DNA of 64,000 nt from Dipteris shenzhenensis (Eukaryota). Below, piece after piece: positions 13,526 to 28,644 of this stretch. The notes beneath the pieces were generated by a model. It saw nothing but the letters and a program-made list of their open reading frames with translations. It was not told where the DNA came from and did not search any database. The stretch lies in NCBI GenBank assembly GCA_047967505.1, contig CM106538.1. One strand, written 5' to 3'. Position 1 is the stretch's first letter, and each line of letters begins with the position of its first letter. The position numbers were made by a program, and so were the translations under genes.

Positions 13526-15696
13526 TTTTGTGAAAGCGCACGCGTGTGCACACACACAAACATTTTCAAAGAAGACTTTCTTTATTAGATCTTTCAACAA
13601 AAGGGAGACGTGAGAAGAGGGACACACTTTCTTCCCCATCAACCCCACTTGTATCATTTCCATATTAATATATGCCCCCTTTCTCTACACTATTTTCCCT
13701 CCTACTCTTGTTCATACTCTCTCTCCCCCTTTCCCATGCCACCATGACCTCACCCCATTCTCTTTCTTCCGCATAATCCACTTCTCCCATTTAGACAGGG
13801 TTCACACCACCCCCCTGGACATGGGCAAGTTGTGGATTGAAGGGCACACATCCTACATGGCCCAATAGAAAAGGGGGCTCGGACAGGGATTGAAAAAAAG
13901 CTCCTCTGCCATATGAAAGCCACCCATGGAGTGGCTGGTTGCCAAAATGGGAGCGCAAATTGCTCTTGTTGGGTATTGAACCCGCGCCGTGGGGCCTAAA
14001 ATACTTATGTCTACTTCCAAGCCAATCGAATTTGCTTGTAATAAATGGGCAGTCTATATTTATATCTTGTCCACCAGGTGGTATAAACCAACCACCTCGT
14101 GGACATTGTCACTATTTTTCTACACTACTTGGGGCGGGCGGACAGTGTGAACGGGACCTTAGTCTCTCTCTAGTTGTACATGCTTTGGATTCATCCTCAA
14201 TGGGTCAAGACACAATAGAGACTCATAACTTTTGTGTGGCTATCAAGATCAAGGTCTGCATAGTAATGGCACCTTCATATCCTTGAAAGGGTTCATGTTG
14301 TTGATTTTCATGGCGAGAGGAGGGGCTTAGAGTTATTTTATAACCATAATTTCCCCTTACTCTCAATTTTCTCTCTCCCCCAACTTCTTTCCTTTCTTTT
14401 CCTTTTCTCTCTCTCCTTTCCCTCCTCACTTGCTGCGTTACTTCCCTACCACTCTCTCTCTTTGTGCTCTCTCTTGCATTCTTTTCCCTCCTTTTCCTAT
14501 TTCCTCCCCTGTGACTCCTATAGGTCATCTTGCTTCTTCTTTGCTGCTTTTACATCCCCTTCTTTCTTCTTATGTTTGTTTCCCCCTCCCCTCTCTTCAC
14601 TCTCCTTGTGTTTAATTGTTTCCCCTCCCTTATCTCACATCTCTCTTCTCCCGTAATCTAGCAATTTCCCATCCTTATCTCTCTCACCCCTCTCATCCAC
14701 TCACAACCCTGTTGACTTTGCATTGCCATCCCCTCTCCAGTTTGTTGTTTCTCCCACCATCCTCTCCCCAACTCTCTTTCTTACTCGACTGCACCATCTC
14801 TCTCCCATATATGCGCTCGCTCAACCTCCACCACCCCTCTGAACTCTCAATTCTCTCCTTACCTTTAAGCTCATCTCTGTGACCCACACCCGCTCCTCCA
14901 ACCTCACCACCCATCACAAAACCCTCCTAGCACTCTCTCTTAGTGCCTCCACTCACCCTTCTTGTCAATTCTCTCTGTGATGTCACACTCCTATGCTGTC
15001 ACACTCATACCAAATCTTAATCAGTCTCAACACCCTCTAACTTTGCACACAACCCCTACCCCCTTCCATAAATTTCAGCCTTTCATCCTGTGTCGCTATG
15101 CCCTCTTAGCTCTCAACCGACCCACACATCCTCTCCATACATCAAACCCCTCGTAGGACTTTGTCCTCACAACTCCCACTACTTTTTCCACTTCTCACTC
15201 AAAGCTCCTTTCCCTCTCACAAATCAAGTCCCGTCACCTCATTATCTTGCTACATCGGGCTCATGTGGGTAATATCTTAACCCCCTCATACGTCTTTGCC
15301 CACATAGCTCACACTATGCCCGCTTTTCCCTAACCTGAAGCTCCTTTCCCTTACTGCATTACCTTGATTTGCTTCCCTTCCCATAGTTTTTCCAAGCACT
15401 TTGGATATTTGGGCGATTTCACTCCTCTCTTGTTGACTATACCCATTTATTTTTGTGGGTTAGATTCACTACATACTGGACCATCTAGCATGATAGAAAC
15501 CTTGGCATGTCCTCTCGTGCCCCTTTTGATACATATGCATTTTTTAGGCATTCTTTGCTTGTATCACTATATGATGCTTATCATATAGGTGATATTTCTT
15601 TGCATCTTTTAGAAGTTTTTCCCATTGCTTCTTGATGCCACACTTGGTGTTAGCGGTTGTAAATTCCAGTAATTAATTGAATCAGTGGTTTCACGC

Positions 15697-15818
<122 letters not shown>

Positions 15819-16670
15819 ACTATTAGACCAAATAAGTGCTTGTACATCAAATCTCCAAAATGGGAGCGCATGAATCATCTCTATGGGATGCATGAATCAT
15901 GCCACTATTATTTTACAGCATGACTATTTTCTAATTGTAAGATACTTTTGTTTTCATTACATCAATTAAAGTAATTAGGCCATTTACCCTCTTGGCTTCC
16001 TTTACTTTGTTGATTTCTATGGCTCTTTGCTTAAGCTGATTTCGGAGGGAGCTCTTTTGATATCCAAATCTGAATGTGTTTTAATTTATGAGTTTGCCTC
16101 ATTTTTACAAATGATTTGAGCATGTGACCCCTTTGATAGACTCCAAATGTCATTTAGCATTGGCTATTTTCACTTTGATACTATTGAAATTAGCCAACTT
16201 CATTATATCGTCCTTGTTGTAATGTATCTATTATATCTTCTCGAAAGGAATTAGAGGATATTTTCCTATTGACATGGTTGAAAGTAGCAAGGGCCTTCAT
16301 TTTGGGAAATTCCATTTACTCCATGTTTGCCCTTCCTAGGTATAGCTTGGTTGTAATTAACCTTTGAGAAGGACTAGGGGTTCATCCCAACTCAGAGTGA
16401 GTGAGGACAAAAGGGGTGTCCCCATTTGTGCCTAGCTAGGGGCTAAAGTTTAGAGCTTAGTAGGCTAGAGGGAGGTAAGTGGGCACAAAGGGATGGGTGT
16501 ATATTGAATGATGGGTCTATGGGGTCGGTGTATAGACGAGTGTACAGATTGGACTAGAGCTAAATGTGCAGAGGAGAAGGAACTATACACGCAAGAGTAG
16601 AGCTATATGGGTTGAACCACAAAGAATCTATATGGTCTGGAGCAAAGCTATCCAGAGTTAGAGCGAAGGC

Positions 16671-16715
<45 letters not shown>

Positions 16716-17825
16716 GATGATTTTTCACCTCCTATGGACCTTGTATGCTCTTCATTTGTGAAGGGAGTCATAGATTTGTGTGGACATGTATGAGCCTACC
16801 ATACAAAGGACGAATTCATTGTACGTACACAACCCATTGATGAACTTTGTGTGTGATACATTCATAGAATATGTATGCTAACACACACATAGAATAGCTA
16901 GTGGAAATGCTTTCTCTCTCTCTCTCTCTCTCCCCCCCCCGCCTAGATGCAAAGTATAGATCTAGCCTACTCCAAACTCCTTTTCTAATTGGGCAATGAA
17001 TAAGTTTATACTTTCTTCATGTTGGTTCCTTCAAAACATTTAAAAATTGAAGTAGTAAAGTGATAACCATCATGTCATATTTCAAATCTCAGTGAAACAT
17101 TGACATTTTTTTAAAACCTACTTCACTCCATGTGTATGTCAGATATGTAGATATTTGATGAAAAGATTTTTCGAAGGCATTGTTAACAACAATGTCTGAA
17201 GTTGTGATATCGATCATAATATGTGCTGCATCAAAATGGCTCCTTGAAGATCTATAGCAACAACCAAATGATGACATCCTTATTTGGCTCACCTATTGAG
17301 ACGCAAACATGTTCCTCAAAGATCAAGAGCTTTAGATTGCTCAAGGTTTAAATCTAGGACAATTATTACAAGCCAGAGGCCCCCACTAAGATGTTCTTCC
17401 ATATCCTCAAAGAAAAAGAATGCAAGAAAGGGCTGATGAATTGTTCAAAAGTGATGGACATGTTGTGACACAAACTATCTAGTAAGAGTGGAAAATGCAA
17501 TGTTGAAGCATATTTAGAGCATAATAGTGTTATGCACAAATGCAATGCATCATGGAAAAAAACATTATGACAACCTTTTAGAATTCACCATAGCCATGGT
17601 GGATAAAATAAATCTATTCCACTTAAATAGACACCTTTTTTAGAAAAGAACTACTTTTACAATTCACCATAGCCATGGATGTTTATTGAACCCTTTCAAA
17701 TGCACCGTAGTTAGGATGGATGGAGGAAATCTATTGTATTTGCATAAACCTTTTTTGAAAAGAAGCTATTTCTAGCACTATGTGAAACAAAAGAAGAAAA
17801 AGTACCTAGGATTGATGGATCATAT

Positions 17826-17977
17826 GTTAAATTCCGTCAACACTTATTGGGGATGGATTACATTGTCATGGCTAGTTTTTCTTATGAGAAAGATATGCTC
17901 GTTGAATTCCGTCAACACTTATTGGGGATGGATTACATTGTCATGGCTAGTTTTTCTTATGAGAAAGATATCCTCGT
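17826..17977. repeat. Near-perfect 75-bp tandem duplication
   Basis: 'gtt(a/g)aattccgtcaacacttattggggatgg...gagaaagatat(g/c)ctc' starts at 17826 and again at 17901. Confidence 0.95.
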
Positions 17978-19829
17978 AAGGGATGTCAATTTAAGTCTCA
18001 TTAAGTTTATCGTAAATAATCTTAATAGAGTCAAAGTTGGGGACTAGAGTCCCCTAGCAATGCTTGATGTTTGCAAGAATCAATTTCTCCATTAAAAGCT
18101 CCTTAATCTCTATACCAAAAAAATGTATTGAATTCACAACCTCCTTGGCATTTCCTTCACTTGTTGAACACATGTCTTCGGTCATGGCTTATCATGGTAC
18201 TTAATCCTTCGTAAGCCGATACAATATCAACATTATTAAAGCTCATGGTTTTGTTTCCTCTTGACTAATGCCTTGACGACTTCCTTAAGGAAGGGAGATC
18301 TCCTCCTTTTTTAAAGTCTAGGCTCTTGATAGTACCAAATAAGGGCACCCATGGATAGGCAAAGGGCACCCATGGATAGGCAACCTAGTTGATTTTCCCC
18401 TCACACTCTCTGAATGCATTCTCATACTATATATGGATAGGTTAATAAGCCCTTCTCTTAACAAAAATATATCTAATTAGTGTATACTTAAATTAAGTTC
18501 CCCCAAAAAGTCATGTGAAGTTTTGCTAGGCTATTCTTTGGGTTGCATTGTTTAATTGCCCTTATTCATTACTTTGCGTGTTGATGGGATGAGTGTCCTT
18601 AAAGCAAAAGGCCTAAGAAGGGGAATGATACATGTGCAGGGTGGTACCTCCATGCTTCATCTCAACAATTCAAATGTTAAAAGTGCACATTTCATACCCT
18701 TTTATCCAAAGTCCCACATTACCACATGTGGAATCCCGAGGGGTTGCAATTCGTCTTGTGCACAACAATGTCCCTTGCGTGCAACTGCATCACATAACTG
18801 AAAGGATAGAAGTTACATTGGATTCTTCAATGGAAGTGACATATGGTCCAATGGGCTGTAGTTTGCACACTCTTTTTGTGCGTGTTCACAATGCATGACT
18901 CAATAGTATCTATGTTGGCAAAAGCTCGCAGTTAGATAAAGCACAATTGTCTATGTGTTGTTTAAAACATCTTTTCTACGAAATTATTGAGTGAAGATGA
19001 AGATACCCTTATGGTGCGAAAGATGAAAAGAGATGAGACCAAGACCGTGTTTTAAAATCATTAAGAAGCTAGCTCCAACAATGCACAGTAGGCCCTACTA
19101 TTAGAAGTAAACTTAGGCCTAAATCTGTATTCCTATGGATATGCTTGCGTTGAGAAAGGCCATCGGGTGGTCATTGTGGGTCCTTGTTGGATAGTTGAAC
19201 TTTGTTTTTGGAATATTAGACATAGTCTGTCTACTCGAACTTCTAGGGGGTTGAGGACGGTGACCTTTGTGTTGTTGCCCATTCCATTCGGTGTGAACGT
19301 CAGAGCGCCGAGGGGTGGGCATGAAGCAATGTGAAGCGAGAGTGTGTGCTTGGGCCGAGTCACGATCATGCCATGGTAGGTGGCAGAGCGGAGATGGCAA
19401 GCCTGGTACCCAAGTGAGAGATGGCGATGGTTAGGGACACATGGCCAAGTTGAGGAGTACTAGTAGCAGTAGTAGGTCAACACCTGAAAAGGGGGTGGGT
19501 AAAAAATATGTTTTGAAATGAAATGTGAAATGATGTATAAAATGTACCAAGGGGGGGGTACTGGACGGACGAGATGGGTGCTAGCTGGCAGGGAGGTGGG
19601 ATGTGGGCCGTCCGATCGATCTCAAGGCAAAGCTGTGGCTTTCTTCTTCACAAGGGAGGGTATCTCATTCTGCTTTTTGGAGCGCCTCTGATCTTCCATC
19701 TCCAAGCTATGGAGCTTTTCTGATCTCTCTGCCTTCTTCTCCTCCCTCTCCTCTCCATTTTGATGCCCTCATCGCCCCCCCCTCTCCTCTTTTCTCCCTC
19801 CTTTCGCTGCAATCCCTCCATCGCCCATC

Positions 19830-21701
19830 ATGAGCACCGAGAAGGAGCGCGACAGCCATGTCTACATGGCCAAGCTCGCCGAACAGGCCGAGCGATACGA
19901 TGGTAGGTCTTCCTTCTTCCCTCTCTCCCAGGCCTCGCCAATCGTTTTTTCTTAGAATGTATCGCTACTGCTTTCCTTTTCAAAGTTTGGATTGCGGGTG
20001 CGGATGCTATTTACCCTGATGCGGAGTGATATTTCCCTAGTAAGAGAACCCAAATGTGCAGTGATAGCCGGAGCTGCCCAAGGTTTCTGCAAACTCATAG
20101 ACCCAAATTTGTTTGACGTGTGCAGAAATGGTGGACTCCATGAAGAAAGTGGCGAAGTTGGATGTGGAGCTCACCGTGGAGGAAAGGAATCTCCTTTCCG
20201 TGGGTTACAAGAATGTTATTGGTGCTCGTCGAGCCTCTTGGCGCATACTTTCTTCTATAGAACAGAAGGAGGAAGCAAAAGCTAACGAACAGAATGTAAA
20301 ACGGATCAAGGAATACCGGAAAAAGGTCGAGGAAGAGCTCTCCAAGATTTGTAACGACATTTTGATGATAATAGACGAGCATCTAATTCCCTCTTCCGGG
20401 ACTGGAGAATCTACGGTTTTCTATTACAAAATGTAATCCGTCTTTGTGCCCAATATATGTTTTGAAATGTAGTTGTAGCCTTGTGCTTGGGATTTTGATA
20501 GTCGTGTCTAAGAACTAATGTCAATTCTATATTTTGTCTATGTCAAGACCATCATTACTGCTTTTATCTGTTCAATTTCTACAGTGCAATCCGCTTTGAT
20601 CTTTTATTACTCCTTTCTAGCGAATTGGACTTCGCTTGACTGTTTGTCCTGTGGATATACAGGAAGGGTGATTACTTCAGGTATCTTGCAGAGTTCAAGA
20701 CAGGCAGTGAAAGAAAAGAGGCTGCAGATCAATCCCTGAAAGCTTATCAGGTGATTGATCACTTCTTTTCCATACTAACTGTTACCTTTGACTTTGTCCT
20801 GGATGTAATGGAAGTTTATTGGTAGATATCTGCCACCGGCTGTTTTTTGACTGCGTGGCTTTATGTTGCTGCCCTATGACCACGCTGTTGGCTTGCTTAT
20901 GCTCTTAGAATTGCACTATATCTCCCAATGAATGCTTGATTTATCTTTTAATTCGATTGAATAGGATTCACAATATGCTTCAATATATGCAGGATGTTTT
21001 GTTGATGGTTCTCAGATTTGCCATTCTTGTTTGTTTGCTCGTTTTTTTCACAGGCTGCATCAAACACAGCTGGGACAGACTTACCACCTACACATCCTAT
21101 TCGACTGGGGCTAGCCTTGAATTTTTCAGTTTTCTATTATGAGATTATGAATTCTCCAGAGCGGTGAGTTATTTCGTTAGCTGTTGAGCTTGTACTCTCG
21201 AGGCACTAATGGCTGTCCATAGGGTTAATGTTGCTTTTGCCTTGAATGTTGTTCAGAGCTTGCCACCTAGCAAAGCAAGCATTTGATGAAGCTATAGCTG
21301 AACTGGACACCCTGAGCGAAGATTCTTACAAGGACAGCACACTCATTATGCAGCTGTTAAGAGACAACTTGACACTGTGGACTTCAGATCTTCCGGAGGA
21401 TGGAGGTATGTGGACCATAGTTTTGTTTTGGGGGGAGTTCTGTTGGATTTGTATCATGAGGGACTTGCTAGCTCCACTTAGTTTTGTTGTAAAATATGGG
21501 GTGACTGTGTCTTTAACACAAGTTATAGTGTGCAACAAAACGAATAGGATGGCAGAATTATCTTAGGGAAATTCTTGTACACCTTTACATTATGAGCTCA
21601 ACTGTTTTACCGTGTCTGTTTCAGCAGGAGATGATCAGATAAGAATGGAGGACTCTGGAAAGGTTGACAGTGCAGAGGTATCCAACGGTGTTTTAAGTTG
21701 A
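19830..21701 (+). CDS. GRF: 14-3-3 protein (GF14/GRF, epsilon group); exons 19830-19902, 20126-20432, 20663-20750, 21054-21163, 21257-21405, 21628-21677, plus either an unlocated last exon or read-through to TGA at 21699-21701
   Basis: The spliced translation is a canonical 14-3-3: '[74 protein letters not shown]...[17 protein letters not shown]...[81 protein letters not shown]...'. All junctions are GT-AG, and the six or more exons fit the epsilon group. Confidence 0.97.
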
Positions 21702-21977
21702 AAAAGTCAGGTGTAGCAGTTGGTATGGTAAGGGGTTGTAATGTATCCAGGAGGTCTTGTAAAAGGTATGCATATACTGTGTGATGGCCGACACCGCACT
21801 GAGGTTAATGAGTAGGTTACTGTAGAAGCGGTGAATAATGCATTGTAGTGTAGAGGTTTTCTAAAGCTACCTTTCTTTATTTAGTTCCTAGCTATGATAT
21901 TGCCTTCTGGCTGACCTGCCCATGAATCTTTTTTTGTTAAATTTGTGTCCTGATTACCCCTTCTCATCTGGAAAAAG

Positions 21978-23330
21978 ATGTCCAATGATGCTAACTCCTT
22001 GGGGAAGGTGAGAAATAGGCTGCATGTCAAGCAAAGTTTGAAGTCTGCTGTCATGATTTCGGGCAAGTCATTGTTGTATGCTCAAGTTATCAAAGTTTCT
22101 CCAATTTCTTGCAAGACTACATGATTTAGTTTTGCTTGCATGCTCCATAAGGCTGTCCAATGATGCTAACTCCTTGGGGAAGTCGAGAAACAGAGTCTAC
22201 TTTCATGATTTTGGGCAAGTCATTGTTGTATGCTCAAGTTATCGAATTTTCTCCAATTTGTGGCAAAATTACATAATTTAGTTTGCTTGCATGCTCCATA
22301 AGGCAGCACAGCAGTGGTTTAATTTACCCAGGACGATACTTTCACTGCAGCTCAGAGCTATGGGACACCTTTAGAAGTGATTGTGGTTTAAGGTGGATTT
22401 TTTCTGGCTAATGTTTTCTGATACATAGGTAGAGGGATTATGAGTGGTTTAAGATGGATTTCACTGGCTGAAGTTTTCCGATAACATAGGTATGGAAGGC
22501 TATTACTGTTGTGCAGAAGGTGCCCTGTTAAAGGCGTTTGGGATCTTGAGATATTATCTATAATTTGGAGAAGAGAGGAATTCCTTTAAAGAACCACTTA
22601 TATCTTGGTGCACAATGAAACAAATCCTGAGGGTTGAAACAGATCTAGATCAATGTGATGCCTTCCAACTATGTTAGATAGATCCATGGGAATTTGTGTT
22701 GGGATTTACCTACAATTTGGAGAGGACAGGAAGTTCGTTAAAGGATCACTTATATCTTTGGTGCAATAAACAATTTTAAGGGTTGAAGCAAGAGTCTATT
22801 CATTCAAGTGGTTCACCTTGTTGCGGTTTCATTCTACTATCTGTTGGAAGAATGGTTCTTGAAAGCATTTGCTAACATGATAACTAAGTACTGCATATTT
22901 AGTTACCTCCTAAGATGATTTTCTAGCTAGACTACATGTTTCCAATGCAACACAAGATATTTATAAGCTTTGTGTCAACAACCTTAAGAATGATAAATAT
23001 CAAGATTTGCCAACGACAGTTTTGTGTTCTCATGTTAAGAGCTTTGTCACTCAATTCTCCAAGTGCCATTCGTTTAACCCCCTTTGTGCTTGCTTTTGTT
23101 GTGGGTAAAGCGAAGTTGGTTCTCAAAGGAGTTGCTCCCTTTTGTTTGGGTTGAACTCAGTCGCTCAATTCTCATGGTGCCATTGGTGTAACCCCCTTTG
23201 TCCTTGCCTTTGTTGTGGGTAAAGGGAAGCTGGTTCTCCAAAGGAGTTGCTCCCTTTTGGTTGGGTTGAACTCTGTCACGCCATTCTCATAGTTCCATTG
23301 GTGTAATCCCCCTTGTGCTTGCTTTCGGAC
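21978..23330. repeat. Series of local tandem duplications downstream of 14-3-3 exon 6
   Basis: About 175-bp pair (gtccaatgatgctaactccttggggaag at ~21980 and ~22155), ~60-bp pair (~22383, ~22444), ~150-bp pair (~22562, ~22714) and a ~115-bp unit in ~2.5 copies (23045-23330). Confidence 0.85.
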
Positions 23331-25124
23331 AAAGTGTTTCTTAGGTGAAAGAGGAAAGAACTAAATATTTCACCAAAATTTAAATTTGTAGCCTGTTTTG
23401 GTTGTCAATCCCTTTAGTTGATTCATCATGGTCTATATGCATACAAGGAGCTTATATTAGAGTTCTACTTTTCATGAGATTCATGCTGGAGCTTAAGAGG
23501 GAGGTGCATTAAGATGGCTTACAAGATGGAATATTTGAAAGATCTATATACTTGGTGTAAAGAATGTTATCCTTGATCTTAACATCATTACGCAGAGTCT
23601 TTAGTTGCTTTGTTCCTTTGTCCAAACATCCATCTTTGAAATGTGTTGTGAGAAAACATCTCAACATGAATGGAGGATTGCAATGTGTATAAGTGCATGG
23701 TGAAGCTTTAATAGCGGAGTCTTTCACATTACATCTTGTTTTCATTGTACAAACTTAATGATCTCATAATGATGCTTTGCTTGTATTGATCTTTCAACAC
23801 CACTTTGAAGGTGTGTATATAGCATGCTAATGCTTACAAAACTACAAGCTCTTTTTGTTAGTATTTCACCACGCTTTTTACAGCTGTGTTGTCCATGATG
23901 TTTTGCACAATGTTTTGGCTGCTCCCATATAGTTTTGATCAAGTATATTTGTAAATATAATTGCTATGTGTACCCGTGAGTCTTTGTCTTTCTTTGAATG
24001 AGTCTACTCATGAAAGGCCTTTCCTTTTGGTAATACAGCCACCAATTTACCAATTATATATTAGGCAATCTACAAGTTTTGGATATGCATGCTCCATAAT
24101 TAAGAGTTGCGAGTTGCTTGTGTTTGACTTTTAATAACTTTAGCTGTTTCAGCTCCACCTAGTGTAAATAGAGGTGTTTCTTATTTCTAGATTGAGTGGT
24201 GCTTTTATTGACATTGCTAAGTCAAGCTTGGTAGTCGTACTCTTTAAGTGCGATTGTGTCCCTAAATGTTGCAATGGCATGTTGGGAGGTGGAATACAAA
24301 AATCTCACTAGAGCTAGAATGATCCATTGGCCTTTTCACGTTTATCTGCAATGTCTCAATTGTTGAATAGTTGCAGTTGTTCCTAGAGCAAGGCAAACTG
24401 CACAGACTATGGTTGTGGATCCCCCAACAAGTAACTCCTTGTATGAGGGTCACCTTCGGATTTCCCCTTATACAATATTTGCATTTTCATTTGTGTTCAT
24501 GTAGATTCATTACCAACTCCCATTTTAGCCCAAGTGACTTATGTTTTATACTCCCATTGTTTTTCGTCCTTACTTGTGCTTCTCACGAGTCATAGTCGGT
24601 TAGGCTCAATTGGGTGACCGACCCAGTCCGCCCAAAATGGTTGATTGGGGGTCGATCTCGAAATGGGTGGTGCAAGGGATGTCGATCACCCATGCTTTGC
24701 TACTTCTTGATCCTTCCTTTTTCTCTCCCTCATGCACGCTCTCATCCTCTCCTTTCTGCATTCACTCCCATCTCAAGCACCCTACCCGTCTACATCTCTT
24801 TTGCATATTCGTGTCAATTCTTCCTCCTTTCTATCAGCATGACCACCTCACCAATTTTGCTCTACCGACTCTCTCAACAACCATGTCCACAACCTTATCC
24901 CCTAATGATTGATTGCCTTGAGAGATGGCCTCGTCACTGTTAGTAACCATGCCTACATGTCTGTGTCACTAATCTCAACAAGAACTCACCCCCTTGTGAA
25001 CTGAATTGTTTTTTCACTTAATATTTTGTTGTCAAGAAAGGTTCAAGAAACCATTCAAGATCACTTTGTCTGTGCAAGCAAAACCTATGTTTGGTAAGTC
25101 TAGACAAACCAAAAATTGTGATTC

Positions 25125-25160
<36 letters not shown>

Positions 25161-26288
25161 CACATTCACAGCTCATTGAATTCAAAGAACATACCATCAA
25201 TGTGTTAAGAAATAGCTTTCAAGTAAGCTTTGTCCTTCTATGTTTGCTTATCTCTCTATCAATCACAGATTTCAAGATACTGGACAACTTTTGCTCTAGA
25301 AAGGAGCCATGATGGCTTCAATGGAAAGGGAAAATGAAGAGTTCAATGGAAAGGGAAATGGAAACACAGTGACAGGCTTGAGGTTGAGGAGGTTGAGGAC
25401 AAGGATGTCATCACATGAGTCAGGGGCTGACAAGTTTGAAGTTGGGGAGGGAAATGTTCCCCAATATTTAAAAAAGAGTAGTTGAAGGCCACGAATACAC
25501 ACCCACCACACATGCTCAAGGATTCAAATTCTACAATGTCCCTGAACTCCTCAATGTGAAGCCTCCCTTTTGATCACCACATGGCAACTTGGAGGTTACA
25601 AATTATAGATAGTAAGAAGAGAACATGGCACTTCTTCCTTTAGAAACGTAAGAGAGGAGACCCCCCCCCCCCCCACCCCTCCCCTCGACGGCCCCCCTTC
25701 TCTTTCTCATGTACACTTGCTAGTACATCCTTGTTATAGAGAGTCTCTCTCTCTCTCTCTCTCACACATACCTCTCTTGTGACTATTCCCCCTAACACAC
25801 AGACACATGCGCACATAAACATACACATACACATACGCAAACACTCAAGCTTAGGATATATGCACACATACACACAAAAACCATCGAATCGGGAGACATC
25901 CACACAGAAAAATTCAAATTTAGGCTCCCTCTCCCCTTTGGCTACCACATGGCAACCCTTTCCTAATAAAATAATAGAAGTAAATATAGATGTGTCTATA
26001 TGACCTTGATTTTACAACACGTGTATATTTCCTTTTTAGATTTTCTTTTTCAACATTCATAACATTTTTTCCAACAAAAAGCAATGCTTGAGATTTAATT
26101 CAAAAAGATTAAAAAAAAAAATCAATACTAAGATCCTAAATAAAACCCAAAATGTTATTCCTTAAAACTAAAGGAAAACTTGTAAGAAATTGTTTTAATT
26201 CATGGAGGGGGTGATTCAAATAAATTGACCAAGTGTCAAGAAAGCCACATTGAGGCCAAAGACAATCACGAAGGGACAATCCAAAAAT

Positions 26289-26334
<46 letters not shown>

Positions 26335-27049
26335 CCACCCCCATCATCTTTGCTTCACCTCCCCCCCTCCCCTCTCCTCATGATTGCTTACTCCCCAAGT
26401 CACCTCCCCCCTCCTTGTGGATACTCCCTTAGCCCCTCACCTCTACTCAACACCCCTCCTTGTGCAACTACTCTCCTAACTCATTACCCCTTCTTGTGGC
26501 TATCCTCTTAATAACTACAACTAGTAGGGACTAAAATTATGATGCAACCACCTTGGTGAGTTGCACCACCATGATCAAGAGGGGTTCACAATGATTAAGG
26601 AGGCCATGAGATTGTGCCTCAGAAGCACCTCCCTCTAGTTTTGCATGAACATCTTTGAAACAAAATTTCTTTTAGAATCTCCACAATGGCCATTTGTAGT
26701 TGCTCCTTTTTCACCAAAATTAATTAGCCATTCAAGGCCAAGAAATAAATTAAGATACTCGATGCCCACATGTTTAGATGACTATGGGATAGAATATCTA
26801 TGCAATGTGCACTAATACTCTAACTTCAAGTTTTGTAATTCACTTAAAGCATCATTTGAGTTTTCTCACGTCTACTGCTTATTGTTGATGTGGAAGGAGT
26901 GGAGGGATAAGATTGGAGATGGACAAACCTACACCAACATACTGGGAGGGAAGTTTGCAACCACATAAAATGTACTCTATTGATCTCGCATTCCTTAACT
27001 GTGCCTCTTTTGGTCTTTATCCTCCTTTAAGCAACACTATGATGCTTCT

Positions 27050-27290
27050 ATTTCATTGAAGTTGCAAAGCAACACTGATTAGAGATATGCTACAAAGCAA
27101 CATTGATCAGAGCTTAAGGATACTACTTGCATTTAGGCCAAAAAGCAACATCACTTCCATTCAAACATGTAACAAAGGACGATCGATCCAAGCTCAAATT
27201 ATTGTGATGTAAGCATGGAAATATTGGCCAAACCTTAGATCAAGCAACCTTTTTCAATAAAGACTTGAGCGAGAAAAATGGCTTTTGTGG
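27050..27290 (+). mobile_element. Possible highly decayed copia RNase H tail
   Basis: Weak resemblance ('NYCDVSMEILAKP...PF') to the copia 'YC..ADILTKPL...F' terminus. Confidence 0.25.
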
Positions 27291-28644
27291 TTTTGAGAGC
27301 AGACAAAGCCACATTTCCTATAGACCACATTAGATGCTTGTTCTCTCAGACAACAACATGGTTAGGGTAAGAACCGTAGAGTGCCCAAGCTCAACATAAA
27401 TAGATCGGTTTGTAACCAAGCTACCTACAACAGAAGATTTTGTTTCCCTTCTTTCAAAGACTTTATGGAGATGCTTATGAAATCCATATGGTGAGATACA
27501 ATATACACGCTATCTCTTTGTAGAGAAGTCTTGTTTACAATCTACTTTCACCTAATATATACATGCACACATACATCATGTTAAAGTAGCAGTAAAGCTC
27601 AAATAGAATACAATGAACCTTTTAAAAAAGATTACCCGTGTCAGCACTTGCAATCCATTTGCAGCTTACAACAAATCTAAAGTAGAAGAGACAGGTTTGA
27701 AGACCTTTGTCTAGGTTTTTGGGCCTAATATTTTAGCATGAATCCTTAGCAGTTCCCTTTAGCACAGAGTGTCACATAGGAACAATTTTGTAATCTGCGT
27801 AAAACCCACACTCCATATGCCACATCATCATTTTTGGGCCCCCTTGTGATTGAAGTTTGGCCATCCTTTTGGAAGCCATAACTTTTGATCCAGGTGGGAT
27901 TTCGCAGAGTTGTAAAAAGATAAAATGATTGCCAGATCATGATCTACGCGATAAAAACCTCATATCTTCATTTTGACTTTTCCATAGGTCAAAAACATTG
28001 AATCCTCATTGTTGGAACCACCTCCTAATCCATTGCACCATACCCAACACATAAAATGAATGCAGATAAAATTCATTTGTTACATTTTGCTTTTTGACAT
28101 GTAGTCTAGCTATAGACTAGCACCACCATAGAAGAGATTTAACTCCACCAAGCTAAGTAAGCCATTACCACATTACCCGATTAGTTCCTAGCGGTGTTAG
28201 TCCCTTTGGACCTATCATTGGTATTCACATTCACACATTTGATACCAGTTTAGTACACTTGGCATTTGGTAGTTCCACACATTAGTGACACTTGGCAGAG
28301 TGATCTTCCTCTTGGATTCCGGATTGTTGCGTTCTTCTTGCACACACACACATGCCACCCATGTAAAAGCACACATTGTTGACTATTTTTTGGCATTGGT
28401 TCCTACACATATCCATCAACCTTGTATAGCCTCTTGGCTACTTCGACACAGAATTTTTGCCATTATACTACAGGCTTGATCTTTTGCATATGCATGTTCT
28501 CACATGACTTGGTTTTGATCGTTTGAGTGTAAGCCCCCAGTGGCAGCAGCTCTGAGTGTTCTCATGGGTAGACACTCTCACCGGTATACGGGTAAGCCTC
28601 TTGCACAGAGCACCAAACCACCTCTTGCATGGAGTTATTAAAAT

